From positions 25,296,142 to 25,360,141 of the forward strand of contig NC_068984.1 in the NCBI RefSeq assembly GCF_001194135.2: 64,000 nt of DNA. Direction: 5' to 3'. This DNA comes from Octopus bimaculoides. Lineage: Eukaryota. The position numbers and the translations under genes were made by a program. Positions 13,576 to 27,200 of this stretch are shown in pieces (position 1 is the first letter of the stretch; the number at the start of each line of letters is the position of its first letter). Under the pieces are notes generated by a model. The model searched no databases. It was not told where the DNA came from and saw only the letters and a list, made by a program, of their open reading frames with translations.

Positions 13576-16269
13576 CTAAAGGTAGTATATTTCCACAGAA
13601 ATATGATAACAAAAGAGTTTAAAGATATTTCTTAAAAATTCAAATTTCAAAAGAAATATTTTTAAAATGGGCCCCATAGACATGACAGAAGTATTTATTA
13701 TAAACAGCTGTTGTGAATATCACTGCTCAACTCAACAAAAACTCTTAAATTACAGAAAGATTCAATTTCTCTCCACTTGGTCAAAACAAAAAAAAAAAAC
13801 AAAAAAAATTAACACTAAAGGTCTTCAGTATCACATGGAATATGACAAACACTGATTTAAATTTCTCACTTCAGTCATTACAATATTTAACTCCAGGTCA
13901 TCTCCAATTAAGGTCCATAATCAACAACATTCCAACCATAAAATTCCTGTATTTTTCCAAGCCAGTGTACTTAGCGCCCAGACAGCTGAATGTGATTTGA
14001 AGGAAATTCCTATTCTATTTCTCACATAGTCTCATCAGTATCTTAATTAATATAATGCTGTCAGTCATCATCATTTAAAGTCTGCTTTCCATGCTGGCAT
14101 GGGTTGGATAGTTCAACAGGAGCTGACAAGCTCAATGAATAACAAACACTATTTAAATGATTATCAACATAAATGACAAGAATGTTCAATGCAACAGGTT
14201 AAATATTTAATGACAGAATCAAATAAAAGACTTTGAAGAACCTTCTAAAACATTGGTGTTTCCAAGTTGTAAAAAAGTAACTACTCAACGATCACCTTAT
14301 CATCTGGAATCTATTAGTCAAGTTTGAACAAGACCATATCTCTCATGTGTATCTTGAATTATCTCATCTATAAGACCGAATTTCTTCACTTCGGATCCCA
14401 AGATTTATTCACTCTCTCTGCTCCTCTCTTCCATGAACTAATGGTGCTTTATTCATTTAACATTCACCAAACACAAGCGCACATACATTATATGGCCATA
14501 CCAGACATTCATACCTCTTGAGTCTACTGTGATTAATTTTCCAAATTTCATGTGCTAAATCAATCTTATAAGTTTTATGTTACAAAATCTGCCTTCATTT
14601 TTGTCATTCCAGGTGTAAGTCTCTTACGAGTTGATTGCCGTTAAAAGAAAAAGGAATTAATCAGATAGCAAATATTGTTTAGCTTTGATTGTGGATTTGG
14701 TAATCTGTTTATTAACAAAAACAGAATATCTTAACATGTCTGTTTCCCCTTCATTAAAGAAATCATTATTTAAGAAGAACACTAAGTCCATTAATGAAAT
14801 AAGATAAATTATATGAATATTTAGTTTTACTCAAACAAAAATTAGTGTTTACTGATAAGAAAACACTTATTCATTATTAAGTTTGAAAGCAACAAGAAGA
14901 TTCCTGATTTACAGACATTTTAGAATGTTATTCCAAAACTCCAGTTGCTTTCTATGGAATGTGTTTATTAAAAAAAAAATTAATAATGATAAAATTTAAT
15001 AGAAATTCTTTAGAAATTAGGCTCATTGGTAATCTTTATAATCCTTAGTCAACTGTTATATATGAAATATGTCAGTTTTATATGAAAGTTAGTAGACAGG
15101 GGAACATGCACTCAACCCTAAAACAATTCAAGTTTGGTGCATTCATTCACACACATGAAAGCAGTCATGCACACACACAAAAAAAAATTAAGGGAAAAAC
15201 TAAAAGAAATGTAAAGTAATAAATAGGTAAAACTTTAATGGAACCCAATTCCACTACAGAATATCTCCCACCAAAGCAAAACAAAAAATAATAATTCTAA
15301 CGACAATAGAGAAACAACATGAATGTACACAAGTTATTTCTGTTGTTTAGTTTAAAAGAAACATCATCACCATCACAAAATTTCATTATGGATGCAAAGT
15401 GACTAATAGGAAGAAAGTTGAATGATTTAGCATATTTTACCATCCCTCACACTTATCTAAATTGCTTTTTGTTATTGTAGATCCACAGAAGGAACCAATA
15501 ATCTAAAGTCTCTAGCCCATAACAGGTCCATTTCGAAGTTGACTTTCAGTTTCAGTTTCATTATTGATAATTGGAGTGAAAATATACATGTTAAAGCTGG
15601 TACCTTAAAGTCTGGTGTTTGAATCCAAAAAGTGGGGGAGGGGCATAAAATAAGAATAATATTTCATAAACCTTATCACTGTGTTATTTTCATTTCCAGA
15701 CAAAATAATCTACAAAGGGAGGGAGGGAAATTTACACGTTTGCATATATAGGTTTACACGTGTTTTTTAATATATGTTTTGTTTTATTGGAGGTTTTCTT
15801 TTCTTTCTTTTTTTAACTAATACCTATGTTAGTGAAAGATTAGTTCATTAAATCTAGAATGAGGTAATGGTGTTGTTCAAGTAGCTATCAACTAAGAACT
15901 GCACTGCACCATTTTAGAACTACATCACCACCTAGACAAAAGGACTGCACTGGAAAGTGATAGCAAAACAATAGCATAATTAAAATTGGCACAAACAAAG
16001 CTTTGTAATAAAAAAAATATATATTAAAAAATTAAATATGTTTAAAAATATGACTTCCGTATAGAAGACACTAATACTGGTAACTACGATTGTGTACATT
16101 CAAATGACAGAAAGGAATTAAGAATAGGATATTAAAAAAGAAATTACAACAAAAAAAGGCTCTTAAAACGGAACTGACAGAACTGGTATGAAGTCCTAAG
16201 TTCGACAATATTAGTCAAGGCTGATAGCTTTCACACATCAGCGCATCAGATAGCCAAACGCTAACTCGA

Positions 16270-16800
16270 TGACGTCAGCTTTTGTCATAAAAAAATAATT
16301 AAGCAGGGTAAGATGAGGTGGGAGTTATAGTAGAGTAAAACACAAAGCAAGTTTAGTCAAACAATATTTCTATTTCCATAATTAGAGAGAGGGGGAGAGG
16401 GAGAATGAGGTTAGTAATTCTCGTGCTCTATTTCCCTTTGATATGGCATCAGTTTACTTCGAACTACCTCCCTCTCCCAGAACAACGAGGAACATTAAAC
16501 TACACACATTTTTAATTGTTCTGGGATATATTTTTATAACGAGGACATCAGTCACGATAACAGGACCGTGATGATTAGCCGTAATCGGTGAGTTTCTCTA
16601 AGGAGGTAATGTTCATATTTTACTCAAGAAAATTACATAAAACTAACACCGCGACAGGAGACAAGTGTGATAGTTGTGACGTCATTGTCAATCATCAACT
16701 TAACAGTGACGCGTTGACAATCTAATGTCATAAGGTGACCCAGATTGTAGTGACAAATGGCCGAGACTGAAAACCTTGACAGCAACGATGACTGAATCCG
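16270..16800. promoter_or_regulatory. CRE / TALE-homeodomain motif cluster in a CpG-retaining patch
   Basis: TGACGTCA at 16270-16277 and 16677-16684; TGATTGACAA (minus strand) at 16685-16694; about five TGACA/TGTCA within 16686-16780; TTACATAA near 16633. Confidence 0.5.
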
Positions 16801-17599
16801 GTAACAACGACTATGATACTCTTCTTTCCCATTAACTTTAAAGAAGCCTCTTAATTGTTTTAAAAGCCCTTCAGATTACACATTTCTTTGTAGACTAACA
16901 AGAGAGGGAGGGGTGTAAAATTGCAGGACCAAATGAACTCACGCATCAATATCTAATGATAAGTTGTATTTTAATCTCAGATTATAAAATAGAGATAAAA
17001 GTGTGTCCAAGAGAATTCTGGGAGATAAACACATAAAAGATTAAAATATTTATATACATAACAAGGTGGTGCGAATTGATAAAACAATATCAGGCTTAAA
17101 TAAAGCATGCAAAAATGCACGAGGAGACGTTTGATTTAAGGTTACGTTGCTTACAGTATGAATTAAAATTTTCGATCAGAAAATAAAACAAAGAAACTGG
17201 TCGTCCTAAGTACTTGAATAGCGTACAAGGTTTCACAAGAGGACTGATTTAAATCATTTCTATTTGTAACGAATTAAAAAGCTTGGTGAGATTTCAGTGT
17301 TTGATATGCAGAAATGAAAACTTATCTCAGGTTCCTGTCAGAACTGAGAGATATAAACATGCCAATCGTATATATATGAATTTTAAAAAATAAATGCTGA
17401 GAAAGCTGAATGGAAAAATATTTTTAGCGAATCCCATGCATTTTAATAAATTCCAAGCTTACAAGAAGCAAAATAGTAAAAAGTCGTAAAACCAACAAAA
17501 GGTAAATAAATAAACGAATAGAAGCTAGTGATGCTGGTAACCATAAAATAGTTCAGTTCAAAAAAAAAAAAATCCTATCAGGTTGATTCCTCACCACCA

Positions 17600-17740
17600 C
17601 TTGGAGGAGGAGAGGAAGAAAGGGGAGTAGAAAAAGGAAAGGGAGAGTGAGGAGGAGAAAAGGGAGGAGGAAAAGAAACAGAAAGAAAAAGGTGAGAAGG
17701 AAAAGAGAAAAAGGTGAAGAAGAAAGGGGGGAAGAGAGAA
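17600..17740. repeat. Purine-rich low-complexity tract
   Basis: Almost only G/A on the + strand. Confidence 0.9.
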
Positions 17741-18419
17741 CTGCATAATGAATCCTCATACTTTCAATAATTCAAATGAGTGGCATATTAGGGAGAATTC
17801 CTGTAACTTTTTTATAATGGCACTTTGCCAGGAAAACAACTCAATAATGGTAAATCCCAAAAAAAAAAAAAGATATAACAGATAAAAACATAATTCCAAA
17901 AATTCTTCAATTGACTAAATGATCTTTGATTTTTTTGTTCCAAAGAATGTTTGAACCTTCCTCAGTTAATTTACAAGTTCTATGGTAAATACACAAACTA
18001 TCCTAACCCCCCCCCCCCCCCACCGTGCTTGTTTTATTGTTTATTTTATTTTTTTGTTTACATCTTACCTATCGAATGTCCATGTTTACATTCAAGTTAT
18101 ATGAATGTAGTCTTCAAAACAATTCCAGCTTAAATATGTTGTTCTTTGCTTTCCTTTCTGAGCATAAGCTTGTTGAAGTAGAAAGCAAAAACCGTAAAGG
18201 ATGAGAATGTAAAAATATTTCAAATTATATCTTACAAAAACATTTTAGTAATTAATTGCCTAACAAATTGGAATGGTCTGCTTTTCTGATATTGAATAAC
18301 AGAAACTCTATACAAATGTTCCATAGGAAACCTAACTAGTGTAATTGGGTAGATGATTAGATATGATAGCTAAGTATCTCCCCAAGAAGATAATAAATCT
18401 ACAGCATCACGGATATAGC

Positions 18420-18858
18420 TTTATCATCATTATCATCATTTAACGTTTGTTGTCCATGCTGAGGTTTGACCAGAGTTGACAAGCTGGGGAGCTGCACCAG
18501 ACTCCAGTCTGATTTGCTATGGTTTCTTTGGTTGGATGCTCTTCTTAATACCAACCACTTTACAGAGAGTGCAGAATGCTTTCTTTCATATAGCACTGCA
18601 TGGGTGCTTTTACGTGGTGCCATACGGGCGCTTAAAATGAGGTGTTCTTACTCGTTGCCAGTACCGCCTGACTGGCCTTCGTGCCGGTGGCATGTAAAAG
18701 CACCCACTACACTCTCAGAGTGGTTGGCGTTAGGAAGGGCATCCAGCTGTAGAAACTCTGCCAAATCAGACTGGAGCCTGGTGTAGCCATCTGGTTTCAC
18801 CAGTCCTCAGTCAAATTGTCCAACCCATGCTAGCATGGAAAGCGGACATTAAACGACA

Positions 18859-18890
<32 letters not shown>
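18420..18890. mobile_element. Head-to-head pair of SINE family B copies ((GAT)n-tailed)
   Basis: Diverged minus copy at about 18420-18620; well-preserved plus copy at about 18655-18890 ending ttaaacgacaat(gat)n. Confidence 0.8.
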
Positions 18891-18892
<2 letters not shown>

Positions 18893-18929
18893 TTTAGGTA
18901 ATAAATGCATTGAGAATATTCTAATTTCC

Positions 18930-20005
18930 AATTTAGGCACAAGGCAAGCAATTTTGAGAGGAGGAACATAGTTGATAACATCGATCCTGGTATTTAGATT
19001 GATAATTTATTTTATCAACCCAAAAAGAATGGAAGGTTGGGGTGCATGGCTTAGTGGTTAGGGTGTTGGACTCATGATAAGATTCTGGTTTTGATTACTG
19101 AACCAAGTGATGCATTGTGTTCTTGAGCAAAACACTTTATTTCATGTAGTTCCAGTTCACTCAGCTGGTAAAAATGAGTAACCATGCAACAGAATGGTGT
19201 CCCATCCAGGGAGGAATATATATGCCAGAGAAACTGGTCCCTACAGAGTAATGTGGACTAACCAAAAGAATGAAAAGCAGGATTTGAACTCCAAACATAA
19301 AGAGCCTTAAGAACACCTTCACTAATCCACTACATAATAATGGTTTCAAATGTTGGCACAAGGCCAACAATTGAAGGGGTGAGAGTTAAGTCAATCATAT
19401 TGATCCCCCAGCATTCAAAGTTGGTACTTATTTTATCAACCCAAAAGGATGAAAGGCAAAGTTAACATCAGTGGCATTTGAACTCAGAACATAAACATGG
19501 ATTTAATGCCACTAAGCATTTTGTCCAGTGCACTGCCTTAGTCTACTGTGTAATAATAACAATAATGGATTCCAATTTAGGCACAAGGCCAGTAAATTTG
19601 AGAGTAGGGGATTAGTAGATAACCACAATCCCAATATTTGTCTCATATTTTATTGAACCCAGAGGGCTGACAAGCCAAGGTGACTTCAACAAGATTTGAA
19701 TTCAGAACAAAGGGCTGGAGCAAATATTGCATCTCTCCACCATTCAAACAATTCTGTAGATGCACTACCTGAACAATAATTCTTTCTACTATAGGTACAA
19801 GGCCTGAAATTTGGTGGGAGAGAGGGGTCTAGTCAATTACATCAACAGCTTCCCCAATATTTAACTGGCACTTTATTTTATCAACCCCAAAAGAATGGAA
19901 AACGAAGTTCACTATGGCAGTATTTGAACTCAGAAAGTAAAAAACCATAAAAATGCCACTAGTCATTTTATCTGATGAACTAACAATTCTGCCAGCCTGC
20001 CTCCT
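18930..20005. mobile_element. Pile-up of SINE family C fragments (minus) with one tRNA/CORE-like SINE (plus, about 19035-19260)
   Basis: Repeated 'aatttaggcacaagg..caattttgagag..atcaacccaaaaggatgaaaggcaaagtt..tttgaactcagaa', separated by (TAA)n. Confidence 0.75.
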
Positions 20006-20091
20006 TTAATAATAATAATTAGTGCTTCACGCATATTAAGAAGGGCATTGTCAGAAAGAGAGAACAATAAGATTCCCATGCAAATATATAT

Positions 20092-20452
20092 TCTTTTACT
20101 TGCTTCAGTCATTTGACTGTAGCTATGCTGGAGCACCATGTTTAGTCAAAGAAATTGACCTTAGGACTTATTCATTGTAAGCCTACTACTTATTTCATCA
20201 GTCTTCTGCCGAACCGCTAGGTTACAGAGATGTTAACACACAAACATCGGTTGTCAAGCAATGGCAGGACACACACACACACATATATATACAACAGACT
20301 TCTTTCAGTTTCCATCTACCAAATCCACTCACAAGGCTTTGGTTGGCCTGAGGTTATAGTAGAAGCACCTGCCCAAGATGCCACACAGTGGGACTGAACC
20401 CGGAACCATGTGGTTGGGAAGTAAGCTTCTTACCACAGCCATGCCTGCACCT
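20092..20452 (-). mobile_element. tRNA-derived SINE family A, full length
   Basis: Complete body from tcttttacttgcttcagtcatttgactg to ccacagccatgcctgcac; the reverse complement has A/B-box-like gtggtaag and gggttcagtccc. Confidence 0.85.
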
Positions 20453-20833
20453 ATGTATTTTCTTTTACACACCTTTATTTGATTTTTGAAAATGAACAGT
20501 CTAATGTGTGTATTTTAATGACCTATCAATGTATATAGCAGGTTTCTTTGCCCCAGGTGTCAGGAAGACAGCAACAAATAGAAACAATTAAAGGAAGAAG
20601 AAAAACTAATAACAATAGTAATGATGATGATAACGATGTCTGCTCTAACTATGACTAAGAGGTTAGACTTAATGTATATGCAGAAAGAAAGAAAAAAAAA
20701 TGGGAGCACAACATTGGCCAAGTAAAAAGAAAATGCCATCAAATATTTTAAAAGAAAAAAAATGGTAGGGACATGAGTGGAGGGTTATGCATAAAGTTGA
20801 ATATTTATTGCTTCAAGATGATGTAGAAAGGAA

Positions 20834-20867
<34 letters not shown>

Positions 20868-21329
20868 GATATCAAAAAATTGAGTTCATTATAAAACCTA
20901 ATTAAAGCAGCACTGAATGAGAATATTATAAACAGGTTCATTAAAATAAAAATAAATTCTAGGATGAAAAAAGCAGACACCTGATGATGGTGGTGATGAT
21001 GATGAAATTGAATACAATTTGAATAGAGCAAAAAAAAGAAAAAGTGCATGACACATTAAAATACATCACTATTAAACAGTTTGGAATCATCCAAATTTTT
21101 AAATTTTGGTTAAACAGTATAGTTAAATACTTCTATGGCTGCAGACAAAATATGTTTTGAATTCTATGTTCATCAACCCAAACGTTACATGCAGACAAAA
21201 CTACATGTGCACACACACAAACACACACACATATGCCTTCTCCTCATAAATTAACTTCTGCACCCCAGATTCCCATACAGCAATACAATTATCTCAAGTG
21301 TTTTCAGCTTTAAACTTTTGATAGAAGGT

Positions 21330-21700
21330 CATGTAGGTGAATTGGTTGGTCCTCGTATTCGTCAACTAAATTCACTACCATTTAGATAATAGTGTTAGAA
21401 GTTTTACAAATTTTCCCAATTTGAAACCAATTCTTTCAGATTGTTCCCTGGTAACCATGGAGTCTGCTGCTTTCTCAACATCCAAATAGATATATTTTAC
21501 ATTATCTACATGTTCCTTTTGAATATGTTGCTGACACTAATATTTACAAGCCATTTACAAAGATTATGTCAAATACACTTTGGAGAAAGATAATGCCAGA
21601 TAAGATAGCATTATCTTTGTCACTGGGTGGTTTAGTTTTAACTGACAGAGGACTCCATCATTGGAAAAATTCACTCAATTATCCAAGCATGCAACACATG
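21330..21700 (-). pseudogene. Possible highly decayed LINE reverse transcriptase fragment
   Basis: Minus-strand DNVKYIYLDVEKAADS resembles the VDVIYLDFxKAFD motif; little else is recognisable. Confidence 0.35.
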
Positions 21701-22647
21701 TCCTAGCTTTACTCATCTATTTATTTCAAAGATATGTAACATTAGATATGAACAAAGATTTTGCCATTACAACTATGTAATCATACTAGCTTCTAAAATC
21801 TGCTGGCAGTTGTTTTGTTTTACTATGATTATTAGCAAATAAAAGAAAGACAATAAATACATGAAGCAGTTATCTGAATTACTTTATACAGTAGGTTATT
21901 GCAGTTATTTTTCTTAAGATATGATCAAACAGTGAAGATGAGAAATTTAAAAAATCAACAAATCAGCACAGATAAGAGCCTTTTAAAAGCTTGTTTTCCT
22001 CTTATAATATCTCAAACTGATAAAAAACAGAAAAACATTACATGATATACCTCACTATAACCAGCCAATAAGCTAATGAACAATTTAAATGAAGCTAGGT
22101 CAGAGACGTAAATTATCCTAATTATACATAATTCAATAACAATACTGTAATGTTATTGTTAATCTAAGGATATCTGTGAGGTCTTAACTTACTTTAAATA
22201 TATTTTGAAAAATTATTGGAATAGTAAATAGAAGTTTGCTAGAGAGCATTAAAGCATGCTGGGCCTTTTCATTTAAAGATTATAATACTCATTATTGCTC
22301 AACATCTGCTTTCTATGCTGGCATGGACTGGACAATTACTACTTGTATGTGTGCGTATATATGACCCTCCATGTTTGTTTTTGTTCGATTTCCTTCCATG
22401 TCTCCACTGTCATTTTTTTTTTGTTCTTAACTCTGACCCGCTATAAATCCTAAATTTTATTTTAGAATTTATGGGAGCAACGGTCTTTGAAGACTCACAT
22501 TGTTGCTGAATGCTCGAAATGAGGAGTAGACAGACAGCCAACAACTGATGAAGGGTCCTTTCTCTGTGTTTACTTGTCCTGTTTTCCATATTTTTCTTCT
22601 TGTTTGTGTATTTCATGTTATTTACACCGTTGGTGATGTCCTGTACC

Positions 22648-22781
22648 CATATACATATATATGTGTGTGTGTGTATATACACACTATTTATTTATATATA
22701 TATACACACACACACACATATATATATACTATTTATATATACACACACATATATATATATACTATTTATTTATATATACAT

Positions 22782-22825
<44 letters not shown>

Positions 22826-22907
22826 TATGTATATATACACACACACACATATATATATATACTATTTATTTATATATACATACACACACACATATATATA
22901 TATATGT
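22648..22907. repeat. Higher-order compound microsatellite [ctatttatt(ta)n(ca)n(ta)n] x about 6
   Basis: Seen directly; it explains the YI/HT-rich ORFs at 22548-22966. Confidence 0.9.
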
Positions 22908-23212
22908 ATCATCATCATCGTCGTTTAACGTCCGCTTTCCATGCTAGCATGGGTTGGACGATTTGACTGAGGACTGGTGAAACCGGATGGCAACACCAGG
23001 CTCCAATCCAATTTGGCAGAGTTTCTACAGCATATATATATACACACACACACACTATTTATTTATATATACATTGAGGACTGGTGAACCAGATGGCTAC
23101 GCCAAATCAGATTGGAGCCTGGTGTAGCCATCTGGTTCACCAGTCCTCAGTCAAATCGTCCAACCCATGCTAGCATGGAAAGCAGGCGTTAAACGATGAT
23201 GATGATGATGAT
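22908..23212. mobile_element. Inverted pair of SINE family B 3' ends with an internal 26-bp foldback
   Basis: Minus copy 22908-23031 and plus copy 23101-23212; 23075-23100 is the exact reverse complement of 23124-23149. Confidence 0.9.
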
Positions 23213-23562
23213 ATATTTTAGTAGTAGAATTTTCTGACTAACCATGTAGATAATTATTCAGTATACATTCAGATCAGTATGACCTTAGTAGATAAGCTGA
23301 ATAATTTAAACCAAAGCTAACTCAAGGCCATCAGTCAAACATACTTCATTGTTTTCAAAGCCAACAATTCTTTCCTTCAAGATCAGCCAGTTGTCATTAC
23401 AAATCTTCCACCTGAAGTTAACTACTTAACACCAGACAATCTTTAAAAAAAAACAAACAGAAAAAAAAAAAACTATCATTCATAACAAGTGAACAGTTAT
23501 TTCTAATAAGTTGATGAGATGAAGAAGGGTCATGCCCATGGCCTTTCCAGGTCATTACATAC

Positions 23563-23618
23563 TGGTGAGATTGATGTGGCTCAACTAACATCAATCTTAG
23601 AACGGCTAAGTGAAAGTT
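23563..23618 (-). other. Candidate 56-nt exon
   Basis: Acceptor attaaccttttag|AACTTT and donor CACCA|gtatgt; one open frame (NFHLAVLRLMLVEPHQSH). Splice signals only. Confidence 0.25.
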
Positions 23619-24003
23619 CTAAAAGGTTAATATCCCAGCTTTTTTTTTTTGTAAGATGATGCCATACATTAAAAAATAAAAATAAAAACAACTTTAGAAG
23701 CTGCTATTACACCATTTACATAACTGGAACAAATTTTTTAATGGAATATTTTAAAGAAATCTGAACATTTAAATAATCTGAAAGCTTGCACAAAATTTTT
23801 TCTTTCTTTTTTTTTTTTTTCTGTTATTCTACATCAATCAAGCTGTAAACTGTTAAAGAGTTGACTAATAGAGAAAGCAAAGTCAATTTAGTTAGAATCT
23901 AATTTAGAGAGAAGAGGACTATTTGCTGACTGAATCAAAATCAGTATTATTATTGGTATTGTTTTCTAATTGAAGATGGATGATGACGATAATAATAATA
24001 ATA

Positions 24004-24210
24004 ATCCTTTCAACTATAGGCACAAGGCCTGCAATTTGGAGGAGGGAACTAGTCGATTACATCGACCCCAGTGTTTCACTGGTACTTAATTTATCGACCC
24101 CAAAAGGCAGAGTTGACCTCAGCAGAATTTGAACTCAGAATGTAGTAACTGGCGAAATACTGCTAAGCATTTCGTCCAGCATGCTAACGATTCTGCCAGC
24201 TCACCGCCTT
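24004..24210 (-). mobile_element. SINE family C, full length, inserted in (TAA)n
   Basis: Flanked by ataataataa on both sides; ends gattctgccagctcaccgcctt. Confidence 0.85.
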
Positions 24211-27200
24211 ATAATAATAAACCTAGATAGAATGTGAACTGATGACAAGAAAGGCCAGAATGTTCAACAGATTCTGCCAACTCCTACTCTTCAAGAAATG
24301 AAGACTAAAAAAAAAGTAATCAGTTTAAAAAAATATACACAAGGTAATAAAATCTAAAACTAGCCATTACAAGTTTATAGAACATAATATTTAATAACTC
24401 GGGATAAATTTGAACATTTGCCTTTACAGAAATTAGGAATTTATTTTTGGCCTTTATGATGATGATGATGCACTTTCTAGACTTATAACCTATCATAAGA
24501 CCACATTGTTGTTGTTGTTAAGCCCTAGGCAAGGCCTGATCAAGTTAATCTATGATCAACAGTATTCCAGCCATAAACATGTCTTTTTTTCATTCATTCT
24601 GTACTTTCAGATTATCTTATGTAATATGTCTTCTTTTTTTTCTTTTTCTTTTTTAAAGACAGTAAGGTGTAGTTTCAAAAATAGGCTGCTGTTTCTAGTA
24701 GACTGAATGACCACTTAATTGGCTTATAAAAGTATGTAAGACCTGAAAACACTCAGTGTACATTACTTTTACTTTTTTAAAATCAAAAAGCAATCAATTT
24801 CTAGGTCAAGGTTTTCAACTTTTATACTGCATTAATCAATAAAGACTTTATTACTCCAAAATATTTGCACAACAAAATTAAAGAGATCAGAAGCTCTTCC
24901 ATGAATATTGTGGTTTTCCCATAATTCTAAATAAAATTGGAAAATAAAAACCATAATGAATTCAAATATTAGGAAATAAAGATTGGATCCACTCTCCTTT
25001 ATTCACATTGTTAAACAATAATCTTAGTAGCTCTTCATAGTTTAAGAATATGGAGACAAGAACTAGGTTTACATAAAGAGCCAATCATCACCCACAAACG
25101 AGTAAGGTTTGGTAACAATGCATCATGCTTTCAGTAATTGTTTTAGCTACCTATGTAGCCCCAATTAGACACAGGCACCCTTGTGGCTCTCCCATCCTTT
25201 GACCCAACAGCACATCCAGAATGTGGTGAGAGCAGAGAGACTGCTCCGTCAACACTAGGCTGGCACTCATTTTCAGCTGAGCAAACTGAATGTGAAATGA
25301 ACTACTTTGCTCAAGGACACAATACACTACTTGGGCCTGAAATTAAACCCGTGACATTATGATCATGAGCCAAATATCCTAACCATTAGGCCATGCACCT
25401 TCACTGAAGGAAGGGCAGAAGGAAGGATCAATAATTTAAACCAGTGATTCTTAATCTTTCTAAATCTATAGCATATTGGAGATGAAAGTGGAGGGACAAA
25501 ATTACTGGTGTATTTTATATTGGAAGTTAACATTTTACTGGTGCACTTCATGTGCATGAAAAACTTTTGAAAAGCTATGCTTTATAAAAAGCACATTTTT
25601 CAAGATACTTAAACATTCATATTTTCTAAACCCTTAAATTATATATTTTTTAAAAATCTGTGGTGCCCTGTTCAAGAACAACTGATTTAAACCATTAAAT
25701 TACAAATAGAAATTTCAAAGAGGTTAGTAATCTTAAAAAATAAATTTTATAAAAAGCAAGCTAAAATTTAGAACTGCTAGATAATTCGCTGCACTAGGAA
25801 CAATCTTCAGATACATTTAAGAAAAGGGATGCTGTGGCATTCATATCTTCCCAAGTCTAAGTTACATATGTGAGATGGTTACAGCTAAGAATCAAACCAA
25901 GTTGTAGACTACAAGTACAGAAAACTTAACAGCACAGAAGGTATTATTTCATGTTACTAAAGTCAGCTAACTCTACTTGCCTAAAACTCATTACTTAATC
26001 ATTAAAAAAAATTGTAACTACTACAAGTTTGTGCTGGTGCCACGTAAAAGCACCCAGTATACACTGTGGTGTGGTTGGCATTAGAAAGGGCATCTGGTCA
26101 TAGAAACCATGCCAAAATAGACAATTGGGACATGGGTAGCTCCCCTGCTGGCCAGCTCCCATCAAACCATCCAATCCATGCCAGCATGGAAATGTGAACG
26201 TTAAATGATGATAATGTTGCAGCAATATTATTTCATTAAATACAATTTGTATATCATCTCTAGTTTAGTTTATTCATTTATATCCTTACAAAAAAAAAAA
26301 AGAATGGCTTCCAAAATTTGTCTTTCTCATCCTTTTTAACCAATACCGCCCATATCCACTATCATTTTAATGCCAACTTTTCCATGCTTGTATGGGTCAG
26401 ACAGAAAGCCTGCCTCAAAAAATTTTCTCAGTATTATTGAATTAAATAAAACTATTATTTTCAGGGAATTTACAAGCAAATATTTTAATTTTTGCCCAAG
26501 AAAACCAAATATATTTTTATTTCATTTTTTAAACTAGTAATTAAAAAGGCAGCAAGAATTAATAAAACAAAAATAAAAACTAAAAGCTGATTTTTAGTGT
26601 TTGAAGTTTATCTGACAACTCAACAATAGAACATACTGGAAGAGCCGAGCCTAATGGATTAAAATAATAATAAGAATAATGCTTTAAAGGAAAATAAAAC
26701 CTGTCTGTAAAAACAAGTACCTTGTTTTTATTATATAGTGCAACTTAAGTTAGAAAAGTTTCAGAAGAAATGTAACAAAGGTGGCTTTCCAAACCCACAC
26801 CATATTGTTCATTGTTCCACAATTTATCTTGTCAACTTGCCAGCTCCTTAGATTAGCTAGCTGCTCATTCAAGTTGCTAATTCCACAATTTAAATCAACA
26901 TTGTTGTCTTTCAAAGTGCATATCAAAATTGGCACCAAATACATCTTAGCATTATATAAAATGATTTCCTGAAATATCTTTTTTAATTATAACTGGGGTT
27001 TTTTGGGTTTTTTTTCATTCACTTTTTTTTTTTTTTTTTTTGAAAAAAAGTTTTAAGAAATGAAAGTAACAACTTGGAAAGATCAGAGAACAAACACACA
27101 AAGAGTAATTTTGTTTTAAATAAATATACTTTTGATAAATTGGCAACAATATTCTTTTATCTTTTACTCGTTTCAGTCATTGGACTGCAGCCATACTGGG

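Noticed and set aside
16481-16588. Plus-strand exon candidate (ctccctctcccag| ... CG|gtgagt)
   Set aside because: All frames are closed and there are no consistent partner exons on the + strand; an antisense transcript cannot be excluded.
21586-21618. 11-bp perfect hairpin
   Set aside because: Short, AT-rich and inside a probable decayed LINE; expected by chance.
22548-22966. 100-126 aa ORFs rich in YI/HT
   Set aside because: Translation of a (TA)n/(CA)n compound microsatellite.
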